Source: Podarcis vaucheri (Eukaryota). From it: 64,000 bases of DNA. Both the position numbers and the translations under genes were made by a program. The notes under the pieces were generated by a model. That model was not told the origin of the DNA, did no database searches, and saw only the letters and a program-made list of their open reading frames with translations. The stretch lies in assembly GCA_965113315.1 (NCBI GenBank), contig OZ220364.1; one strand, 5' to 3'. Numbering within the stretch: the first letter of the stretch is position 1; every line of letters begins with the position of its first letter. This document shows positions 10,819 to 22,800 of the stretch, piece by piece.

Positions 10819-13800
10819 GTAAGCAGCAACGGGGTTGTACCTGCGGCCAAGATCTAGGCCATCCTCGGTTACTTGGCAGCAGGTAGCTCTTTCTTACACC
10901 TGTAGACTGCACGGAGGAAGGTAGTGTTTGTGCAGGGCTGCCTTTTGCGATTACTGAGTCACCACAGACACCTCCCACACCTTGGCAGTTATAGGGCAGG
11001 GCTTCCATGACAGGGCATCTGCCTTCCCAGCTGCCTTGAGCTCTCTGGTAGCCTTCTTTAGAAACTGTGCAGTGGCAGGAAAGCCCATCGGCTACTGGCT
11101 GACGTGTTGTTGTCATCTGCTTTGATTATGCTTCCCACAATCCACCTTTAGGTTATTACAAATAATCAGGTTTCACACACCTCCCTTAACGTTAAAAGGT
11201 TGCCCATTCCTGTCAACTGAATTACAAGGTGTGAGCACAAATGCACAGTAAAATTTCCTTGTGAGTCAGTAAAGTTTATGTTGTCATGTAGATGTAATGG
11301 CCATGGGTCAGACTAGCTTGGTGAAACTGAGTGTTCTGTAGACTCAGCAGAGCTACAGGCAGAGGAGACCACAACCCAAAAGAACCAAAGCACATACAAG
11401 GATACAGCCAAACAATTTTATTTGGGCCTCTTAAAGTCATTTAATCCTAGTGCTAAAATGAACTGCTGCCTCCACTTTGTTTTCTTGAAATCATGACAGT
11501 GATGCTCACATTCACACCAAATTAAAGGATGCACACTAAGTGGAGGAGATTAACATTTTGCTGTGCATATATCGTTGAAGAAGAGGAACAGTGTAAGTTT
11601 GTATTTGGGGTTTGTGTTCTGTGCCAGGCCAGCAAGCTTGTGCTGTACAACTGCTTTGAGAAGTTACAAAGAATACCTCTTGTTAAATAGAGACTGGAAA
11701 GGTTTGCTATACAGGTCTTGTGCATCTTTCAGTTTTCTTAGAGTGACCATCGGGAATGCTGAGTATTGGTGGAGATTTTCATTTTTTGAAAAATTAATCA
11801 CTTTTTTTAGTTCTTGCAGGTAGCTGCTGTTTTAAAAGTATAAACTATATGACCATATGCAGCAAATTGGGAAACTTTTTTTTAAAAGGTGAGGACCACA
11901 TTTCCTCAGGGAACAGTAGTCTCAGGCTGCCTGCTTACTGGCAGTAGATACACTGTCGGAGGAAGAGGGGTGCAGTGGGTGCGATTCACCCTAGGTGTCA
12001 TTGGCGTGGGAGGTGGCATCGCCATGCCACCCCCCTGGGATGCTCACCATGGCTGCACCCCCCTGGGACGCATGTGTGCCGCTCCGGGTGCCGGAGCAGC
12101 TAGCTCTGCCTCTGAGTGGATAGGTCTGAAGCCAAAAGTGGCTGGGGATACCTCATTCACACACATCCGCGGTGAACCTCCCTTTTAAACTCTACCTTAC
12201 ATCCACCAACACACTCATTCATTCATTCTCACACTGCCCCCATGCATGTACAGCTATGCACCTTCCTTTCTCAGCATCCGGAATGCTATCTCTACCTCCA
12301 CTGGTAGCTCACATGGTTTCCGTGGTAGACACTGAGAAACATGCATTACTTTATCAGCACCTGACAGGGAAATGGTCATGTGATCATTTCTTCCATCAGG
12401 AGCTTGTTTCTAGAGTAAGGACCAAGGAAAACAATGTACATTACCCCAATGTAGCATACAGTGGTACCTCTGGTTGCGAACAGGATCTGTTCCGGAGGCC
12501 CGTTCACAACATGAAAAGAGCGCAACCCGCAGCGGCGTGTCTGTGCACGCGCAGGTTGCAATTTGCAGCTTCTGCGCATGACGTCATTTTGTGTTTCTGC
12601 GCATGCGCAAGCGGCGAAACCCGGATGTAACCCTTTCCGGTACTTCCGGGTCACCGCAGGATGTAACATGAAGCGGACGTAACATGAGGTATGACTGTAT
12701 ATCTTCTTGCTGCAAACATGGTGACTGGCTGGCCCATTTTTCTGTCTGAGGTGGAAGAGCAAATGCTTCCAACTCACCCACTGCCAAGACAAGGTGTCTA
12801 GTACTCAAAGGTAGTCAATTTATTTTGCACATGAGGCAGAAAATCACACAAGTGTCTCTCCCCTTCTCAGCAGTAAAAATACAGCAAATTAAATAACTTT
12901 CGATTTACTACCCTTTCATGACACCCCATAGCTGTCTAAGGCAGCTGTCTCTGCCTAATAGTAGAGCTGGCTCTCACAGGAGGTTAAGCATAGGCTCCGA
13001 ATGGTATTACCCTAATAAACAGAGAGTGAAGAATTCACATGTATTTTAATCAAGATGATGAATCTTTTTAGCCTGCTGATATGCAAAATATTTAGAACAG
13101 TGCAAGACATCTGGACATCCGCCTAAAAGTAATAAAGGTGGATAAGGGTCTGAATTATGTTTTTTTTTAAAGGAAAAGACGAGAATAAGTATAGCACAAG
13201 ATTATAATAGCACTACCAAGTGTTTCTGAAGAACTGATATGGATAGGATGAGTATTTTTGGCATTAACACTGGAACATTTATTTATAGTTCATTCCTTCA
13301 TTGAACCTGACAAATGAGAGGCTCAGACCATGTCAGATGCAGCTGAAAATCTGAACCTATGCATCTCTTTAATTTGATTTGATGCAAAGCAAAATAAAAA
13401 CTTCCTCAAAATATGATTCCACATCAAAAATTTAATGAGTTCATTTTTGACGATGGCTGCACCATCGAATGGCAGACTTGTCACTGACTTCAGTAGCAGC
13501 AGGATTGCACCCATGCAGTCCAGTTCTAAACATTATTCAAATGTAATTAATGGGACTAACTTCTTTGTAAATAAGCATGGAATTACAGCATCATGGTATG
13601 TGAACACCATGTTTTCTCTTCCCAGGAGAGATGGAGACTCACTTTTTGGTCATTCTTCACAGCATATTCTTATTGTAGCTATTTGCAAATATTCAGCTAA
13701 TAGTTTCAGTTAATGAGATTCTTGTGAGTAGATTCAGCCTGCCATTTGAAATTGAGTCCTTCCCATCAAGCTGATCTGCCAGTTGGTACCAAATCTGCTG

Positions 13801-16800
13801 GTAGCTGAAAAGGTAGACATTTCAAGTTGCAAACTGCAATAGACTTTAGTTGTGAACAGTTCTAGCTTTCCTTATGTCTGTTGATAAATGGTAAAATGAA
13901 CCCATAGAAATGGAGCAGTAATCATTGACTCTGCGCAAGGAAAAAAGATGATACAACTTTGTGTGCACCATTTTGCTGATAATTTCAGTCTCCTTTCAAA
14001 GTGAAACCTTTTTTTCATCTGCTTTATGCCTGAGGGGAAAATGCTGCCTGTGCCATTAAATAAAAATAATTATAACTACTTGGGGCAAAGCTGGTAATTA
14101 TTTTCTGCATGCACCCATTCCTATTGGGTGCCAGAAGCCTTGAGGCATGGGACAATGGTAGGGTCAGGGTGGAGATGTCTGAAGAAGAAAAAACACTTCA
14201 AGAAATGTGCTGTGTTTCTGTACAATACGGACAGCAAATATGTACATCATACACCGCCCAGTAGAAAAGTTCATCTTAGTTATTTCTGTATCCGGAACAG
14301 TGTATTAGGGAGTAGAGAGTGTTCAAGAGATGAACTGATTCACAATGGCTCAGTTTGGATGCCATATTTGTAATGGTTTGGAGAGTCAGGAACATGCCAC
14401 AAGCTCACTTACACCCTCTCCTTTCTCTGCTGAGCGCCTTCATCTGTTCCTGGTTTTCCTCATTAGAATTGATTGGTTTTGGGGAAAAAAATCTAAAGAC
14501 TCTGCCTATCCCTTCCTAGGTACACACATCTAGTTTTTTTTAAGGGAACAGTAGGTGTAACAGCTATTTTTCCTATTTATTATACAGACTATAGCACTAA
14601 AGGCACTGGAAAAGAATGTGAAGCAGTATCACGCAAAGGCTAAACTGTTGTCGGGGTACATGTCAGATATGTCCTTGGTCTGTGGGTTAGAAACAAAACA
14701 AAATGGTCAGACATCACTTAGGCCCATAATGCTAAAGCCTTTTCTTCCCTAATTACCACAGTTCCTTTGTAGATGACTTGCTTTTTTGAACCTAAGTTAT
14801 GTGGTAATTTTTTGACCGTTATCGGGCCTAGTAAACACAGTGCATTGTCATCAAATGTTAGACTGCATTGGCAGGTTTTTCAGGTTTAACTGTTGAGTAA
14901 TGTATGGGAGAGTTAAGAAGTAAAATACACTCCTCACAGAAAGCATATTCTCCTTTTGTGTGTAATGGGTTCACACAGGTCTTTTATAATTAGAAGACTG
15001 ACAATGCAATCTGGTACATGTCTATTCAAAAGTAACTCCCATTTGGTTTATTTATTATAAATATTTTAATAAATACGAATATATTATCTTCTGGCTTTTC
15101 ATAAGGACCCTATGCATTGATTAAAACAATATACCATCCATAAAATAATAAAGACTAAACTTAGAACTAAACTAAAAACTAGAAGCCATACGTTAAAATA
15201 TGTGGGGAAGGGTGGAGAGACAAAACCAACTGAAAGACATGGCAAAATAAACAAGGTTTTGTAGCACACTGAAATGCAAATAGATAAGTCATGAATCAGG
15301 CAGGCATCCTAGTGCTGGGAGCTTTATAGGCAGTTACTACTACTTAAAATTGTGCTAAGAAACAAACTGGGAAAGAATGCAGAGTTCTGAAAGGGAAACC
15401 CTAGATGTAATCTAGGCTGCTGCGTTTTGCACCAGCTGACGTTTGCATGGACTGAATGTAAACTACTAGAGAAATGTAAGAATCCACATCCATTGCTGTG
15501 CCTACTTTTACACCTGGCTCCACCCACCAATGGGGTGCAGGCCCCACAGGGGACCCATGAGGGAATGTGATCTTCAGGCTGTGAAAGGCTCCCCTTCCTG
15601 CAATAGGACATGATCTCACAAACTGTCAGCTTAGACAGGTATCCTTTACCACACTGTGCAGAAAGCAGGCTTCTATCCTACACTTTAAAAGCTACTTGAT
15701 CATAGAATCAGAGAATTGTGGAGTTGGAAGGGATCCCATGGGTCATCTAGTCCAATCCCCTGCAATGCCAGAATCACAGCTATCATGGTATATAAAATTT
15801 GTATACGATAGAAATTATCCAAGGCAGTAATCCTGGGAGGGTCAAAGCAGGGTAACTGTTGTCTTTGCCTGGTAGCCATTATGAATTCCCAGAAGTATTC
15901 TGAGATTTTAAAAGAAAGCACTGGGCATAGTAACATAGTAACGGAGGGAGCTGCCTTATACTGAGTCCATCTGTTTCAGTACTGTCCAAATTGTCTGGCA
16001 GTGGCTGCAAAGGGAGATGATTTCTGGAAACACATGTTCCCCTCATACAAGGGGTATAGAGCCTGATAACTAGTGATTTACTGTCACAGTAAAAGTGAGC
16101 TTCCTTCTGGCAGCTGAGCACAGGCATGGGCATGCTATTCTTAATTTTAAAAATGATTTTGCTAGTTACAGCACGAAGCAAACACCTACTTGCTCCTCAT
16201 TTGTTGTGCTGCGTTGGGTGTTGCAATCTATTACAGATGCAAATTGTCTCATGCTAGGCATAATTGCCAAATGTGGCAGAATTTTGGAATAGGTGCAATG
16301 AATCATGCTTAAAACGAGATAATGACTAATAGCTTATGAGCTCAGGGAAGGAAGAGAATAAAACAACAGAATTTAAGTCTGTAAAATCTGTGCACAATAT
16401 TTGAAGGAAGCTCCATCCTCAAAACATGTCTGTTAACATATTTCAAATAATGGCGCTTGCATTACTGAAAGCCTCTGTGGTTGGTCTGCGGTAATTTTAT
16501 ACCTCAGTAACTCTCTTCTTTTTGAAATTAAACGTTTTGTGTCTATTCAAAACAACTGTTGAAAAGTCCAGTTCTTCCTTCCCTTTCTGATGGCACTTAG
16601 AGTCATAGTTATCAAAAGTAAATTTACTTTGTAATTTTTTAGTTATAAAATTATTAACATATGCTCCTAGGCCATTGTACAGATATAAGTCCCTGTTTAC
16701 AGGTTCAGAAGCTATGAAGAAACAAAAGGGAAGGGAAGTGGAGCTGCACTATCTGAAAGAAGCAAAGTGTTAAAAGACTACAATAATTAACTTTAGGAGT

Positions 16801-19800
16801 AAGGAAGAAACAAACAAAAAAATCCAAATAGCACATCAAGACAGAAGTTTTTAAAACTGTTTCTTCATGAGATGAAGGGGCTGGTCAAAAATGTAAAGGG
16901 AAAATAGTGCTAGACATAAGAAAGAAAGCATGGGGATAAGAAATATAACCATATAGTAGAGATTTAATTAAAAACATCAGTGCTTTATTAACAGAGGGAC
17001 CAAAGAGAAAAATGGAAAGCAACAGATAGAAAAAGGGGCAAAAACATGAACAGATGTAACCTTCATATCTAGTCATATTCTTGCCCCTTTTTTCTATCAG
17101 TATTCCTTCCTGTATTGCTTTATGGGAAGTTTAAACTTTTATTAACCTTTAAGAAGTTTAAACTTCATGAAGCCTGTGAAGGGAAATACCGGTATATAGA
17201 GAGGTATAAAATGACTGAAGAATTAGGAAAGAAAGCAGAAAAGAGAAAACAGAAATAATAGGTTTAAACTGAGAAACAGGAAGATCAGTGAACAAGACAT
17301 TTTAGTAGTTAACACAACGTAGGCTGTAGGTCTGAACAAGAATGTTAGCTGATATTAAGAACAAATTTAGAAATCTTATAGAAATAAAATTGGCAGAACT
17401 TAGGTAGATATGTGAGCGGAAATAGAAATAAATCAAAGATAACACCAAAACCCTTTAACTGTAGAAAAGACTGAAGGTTGGTGCCAATTGGAACTTTGGA
17501 AGAGAAGGCAAAGTATCTTTTGCACAGTGACATCCAGGCAGATACAGACAATTTGAAATAAAGTATTGGTAAAGGGGAGGGAAGGACCAAACAATAGTGC
17601 TTGAAATCATTCGTATAACAGTGGCACATTGCAAGCCACAAGAATAAATTGGATTGCTAAGACAAAGCATATAAAGAGTGAAAAGAAGAGGGCTTAGAAT
17701 AATAATTGAGGAAGACTTAAACGAAGCTTTTATGACACAGGAGTGAAAGCAGGAGTGGATGGTACTGTCCAGTCCCAAAGAACTGTAAAAGAAGCAGATA
17801 ATGATCACCTGTACCCAAAGCTGATGAAAGTACATATAGAGAATGCTGGTGTATTTCAGAATATAATACTACTTTAGATTTTCCACAGAGCAATCTCACT
17901 AGAATGTTTGAGTCAAAAACCAGCTAAAAAGAACCATAAAAAATTAGATGAAAGAAAACTGTCACATTTAGATAAGATTAAGAGGAGCAGTTGAGTCCCC
18001 CCCCCCCCCCGATCTAAATCAATTTTAGTAAATATTGGGCCCTCACCACCACACACAATTTACCTCTTTTGTTTTCGTCAGGTGTTGTCTTATCTTGCTT
18101 TAAAAATGCTAGCTTCCCAAAGCTGGGGGGGGGGTATATGTGGACAATTTTATGACTGTTGGAAACTAGCATATTCAAAGCAAGAAGAAACAATGCTTGA
18201 AGAAAGGTATAGGTAAGAGAAAAACAAATCAATATTTACTAAAATGGGAGAGGTAATTGGATCAAGAAGATAAGCAGTACATTGAAGTGAAGAAAAAATA
18301 GAAATAGCATCAAATGTTCGAAAATGAAGAATAAGACAGTGTCCACACTATACCTTTAAAGCACATTCCCCTGTGATAGGAATTTTATGGTTTTAGATAT
18401 ATAGTAATGTTCATAACTGCACATACATAGATCAGTACAGGAAGGCAAACCTGGAACCATTTTGATTCCTAAACTGACCAAATCCTTTCTCTGCAAGGTT
18501 AAAAATGGAAAAGCCTCCCCATTGTCTCTTCCTTTAATCTGTGTTTGAATAAGGTGTGAGCCTGTGACCTGGCCCAGGAAATAAGTATTTTAGCATTACA
18601 AAAGAATGGCCAGGCTCCCCAGAAAATCCAATCAAGTAACCTGCTAGACAGGAGATAAACAAGGAGAAGAGAAAAACAACATTTAAATTTCTGTGATGTA
18701 GGTGGGATGTATCTGAGGGGTGGTCTTAGGTTACACCCCTTCTGTGATGTATGCATAATGTTTCTGGGGGTGGTCCTGATCTAGAGAAGGGGAATTTCAA
18801 AAGTCTTTATAAGGCCTTGCAGGCCATTGTTCTAGGTCCTCTTCCTCTCCTGCGTGTGAGGGGGGGGGTACCCTGTTGCAACAGATCAATAAAGATCAAG
18901 CTTACTAGCTGCCTTGCTTCTCAATATTCTCTGGTTGGCCTCTGTTATCTTCTCCTACCAATAGGGAACCTATGTAAGGACTCTATATGGGCTCTTGGAT
19001 ACCCCATAAGGGAAAAGGGCAGATTTTTATTTACAACACCCCTCCCTCAAAGAATTCTCGGTACTGTAGTTTAACCTCCAAAGAGTTTTAATTTATAGCA
19101 ACCAATAACAAACTTCAGCACTCAGAATTCTTAGAGGAAAAGAATGTGCTTAAAATGCACTATAAAAGTATAGTGTGTATACTGCCTAAAGAGATACAAT
19201 AAAATGGAAGGAGTAGGAGGAATAATAGAACAGGAAGAAACAGGAGGTAATGAAGAACAACAACCAACATAAATAACATTTCTGTTATTCGTTCCTCTCT
19301 CTTCTTCTGACTATAATATACCTCCTACTCCTTCCATTTTATTAAGTTACTTATTTGGTACTTAGATTTACTGAAATCATTTAGAGTTGTTTCCAGGGAA
19401 CTAAAGCTTTTAAGACGGTGGTATTGGTGTACTTTTGATCATAGTCTAAACTGTTTGAAATCGCATCATAAAAGGCAAAACCCACAGCATTTCACAGTGC
19501 ATGTGAATGATTAAACAATACTATCTTGCAGAGAAGCTGAAATTTAACAATGTTCTAATAGGGCATGCAGAACAACTATGTAGTACTTTGGTCAAGCTGG
19601 TGAATGTTAAATCTCGAGATCCTTGTATAATGTCATTCCTTGCTAGTTCAGAATGCTGTTGTCTAGCTGCTCTCCCTTCACATGTTGTCTTTCCTTAACT
19701 GCTACAGGACAGCCCAGTCCTCAAAATGTATTTAAGCTGGGCCAACATAATCAGTTTGTATGTGCATATTTTAATACTGAAACCAACTTGCGTCCTGTTG

Positions 19801-22800
19801 CTTTAGTAGAGATCCTATAACTTTTTTGATTTGCACAGAACTCATGTGAAACAGAGGTCCCACCCCTTTTGCAAATATAAATATTTATGCTGGAACAGGG
19901 AGGCTGAGGGCGTGGGCCAAGTGAGCAGAGAGGAAGGATCTGGCACTATGCGGAATTCTCTGGTCAGTTGCAAAGAACAGGCCAAGCAAGGAGAGGTGGC
20001 AGACATATTATCACAACAATCCCCATCCTCCCTCAGTCTTAGCAAGGCCTTTTGCATGTTTGGTTTTTTTAAATGTCCCAGGGACTGATTCCTCAATGCC
20101 ACCTTTTCATCTTCCTTTCTTCATTCCATTCCTTCATGCAACTAGTACTGTGAGATGTGACTGACAGCTCAAAGGACTAGGCTACTAAACCCTACTAATT
20201 TGGGGTATGATGCCAGAAATAAATGTTGTTCTTTTTTAACTTTGCATGCTACAAGCTTAATGGTTGTGTAATTATACACTTTAAATCTGATAGACATACA
20301 TAACTGTAGTAGAAACAGGTTATCAGAATTAAGAACTGCCCTCCATGGTTCCTGAAAATAATCAGATTGTGGTTGGACGCTTGGCAGAGTAAAATAAACT
20401 TGCCAAAACAATTACATTTAATTTCTTGACTTTTAATGATATTAACTGATATGTTTCCACACAGTTGGTTTTTGATGCTTAAGTGTAAGCCAAATAATTT
20501 CAGTTAATAACCTGCATGTTTGCCTGATACCTGTAAAACTATTAGATTGTTATAAAACAAGGGATGGAGGATCTGTTACCATGGATATTGAAATAAAATC
20601 AGATATTACTTGATTAGCTTCTTAAACAGAGGCTGAAACAATGCCAAAATTTCAACTAGGGGAGGGCTACAATGATTACTTAGTATTGGGAAAAGATGCT
20701 GCAGTGCTCTTTAGTTTCCTCCCTAAATGCTACTCCTGCCAAAATGAAAAAAATGTGAATATGGAACTATTTGTCTGCCTTGAAGACAGCCACTATCTTC
20801 TTCCTTCCTACCCAAGCCCTGTAGCTCTCCGTGTCCAACAGAAAACATGGTAGTTTTATGCAACGTGTTAATTTAATGTAGATAAATTAATGCAGATTAG
20901 CCCCTTGCGTAGGCACTGTTAATCCATACTAAGAGACTTAATTAAATGCAGCCTGTTTGGAGCAAGGTTAAATGTAAATGAGCAAACAACATTTTCTCTT
21001 TTTTTAAAGAGTATCTACCCAAGACCTTAGATACTTTTTGCAGAGGATTTGTGCCTGTTTGAAGAGAGATACATTTATACAATGTGAGAATAGGAGAAAC
21101 CAAGTACAAAGCCATTTATCACGCATAAATATCAGAATGTGATATGGAAAGAAAATTATATAAGCTATTACAATGTAAGAAGAAAAATGGAAGGCTTGGC
21201 TTTTGTATTTTATTGATTTTAATGATTTACAGTGGCAAAAAATATACAAATCTGAAGATACTTTTATGTAGTCTCTGGGGTCTTTATGAATTCATGAAAC
21301 CAGATTTTGTCCTTCAGCACTGGACAGGTAGTTTTAAAAATGTGATAGTCAAAGTACTATAAATTATAAACATTTTAACAAGCAGATAAATTAGAAGGTT
21401 ACATTTTGAGTGACTGTGTATCAAAATCTATGGGTTTTAAATATGCAATTATTACCCCAGCCTGCCCCAAGAGTTTACCTAAGTGTCTCATATGAGCCCT
21501 TAATAATCCCTCTCTGTCCCCTGACCTTTACAGGAGGAAAAAAAGGGCCACTCTACTGCTATAGAAGCCCTATGTCTGAAATTCTGACTCAGTTGCTAAA
21601 TAAGCATGCAGACAGAATAAAAATGAGTAGTCATCTTGTTCAGAATCGGGGGAGAGAGAGGGGAAAAATTGCTACAGGGAAGAAGAAGAAAAGTTGTTTC
21701 CTAAAATAAAGATTAAAAAAACCCAAGACAAAATAAAAGGCGATACTGAAACAGCAGCATATTGTGTAGCTAGGGTACTGGTGGGTAGCCTGGTTCTATT
21801 TTGTTGTTGTTATTAAAAGAACTACATATGCATTCCTCATCTACAATTGCAAAACTGCTTTAATGATTGGAAGTAGGAGTCGATTGCTTAATCCAGAGAT
21901 GTCATTGGCACAAGCCAATAGGTAGCTGAAGTATGCAGCATTTTGGACAATTCTATTAAGCCCTAGAAATAATCAAGTGCAGTGCATAACATGTAATATT
22001 TCTCCTCTGAAAGGTTTTTTTCACATATAGTTTGAAGCCTGTACAACGAACACTGCAAAAGCAGTCTGACTAAAGCCCTCGTGGATAATCTTAGTAATAA
22101 TAAAGTACACATGCTATACTACCCACCACCCATTGCCCTAAAAATCTGGTGCCCATTTAAAAAATGGGGTGGGGGCATGGCTGTCCCTAGCAGCTTCTGC
22201 ATGCAAAGTGAGTGCTTTTCCACTGGCCCTTCCCTATATATTGGACTTTTTTTAAAAAAACAAAAATGGGTTGGTACTATTAAAGTGATTTAACATAGGC
22301 ATTTCTCGCTTGGTCGCTTTCTAGAGTGAAAAAAATAGGCATGCTTTTAGTATTTTGAAATTCTGCCTTACCTCCTCCCATTCCTAGGTATTGATTACAA
22401 GACGACAACAATACTCCTGGATGGCCGTCGAATAAAGCTGCAGCTCTGGTAACTTTGCATTATGTTCTCTGTTTGGATTGTGCCACTGTGCTTTGAAAAC
22501 AGTTCATAGTGGACGTAATACTGCTTGGATGTGATGTCATATTTACTGTAAAGTTGACTACAAATATTTAATTCTTATAACAGTTAAGAAGAGGTCATAC
22601 TACCCACTAGCCTTTTGTACTAAAGAGCTATAGTTGAGGACAAGGGAGCAATTGTGAAATTAATGGGTTTCTCTGTATACGTGCAAGAAGCCTAAGTAAT
22701 ATTAAATGATTGGTGAATATATTATAGGAGTACATAATCACCCATGTAGATTCAGTGAATGATCCTGCTGAAATGCATGATGTCCATGTGGTTTAGTGGT

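Larger units (their letters stand above)
9600..10870 (+). promoter_or_regulatory. CpG island / promoter and 5' leader of RAB40B
   Basis: Very high CpG density; CCAAT at 9752, 9819, 9860 and 9901; GC boxes 9801-9810 and 9881-9890; ETS cores CGGAAG at 9761 and 9844. Confidence 0.85.
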
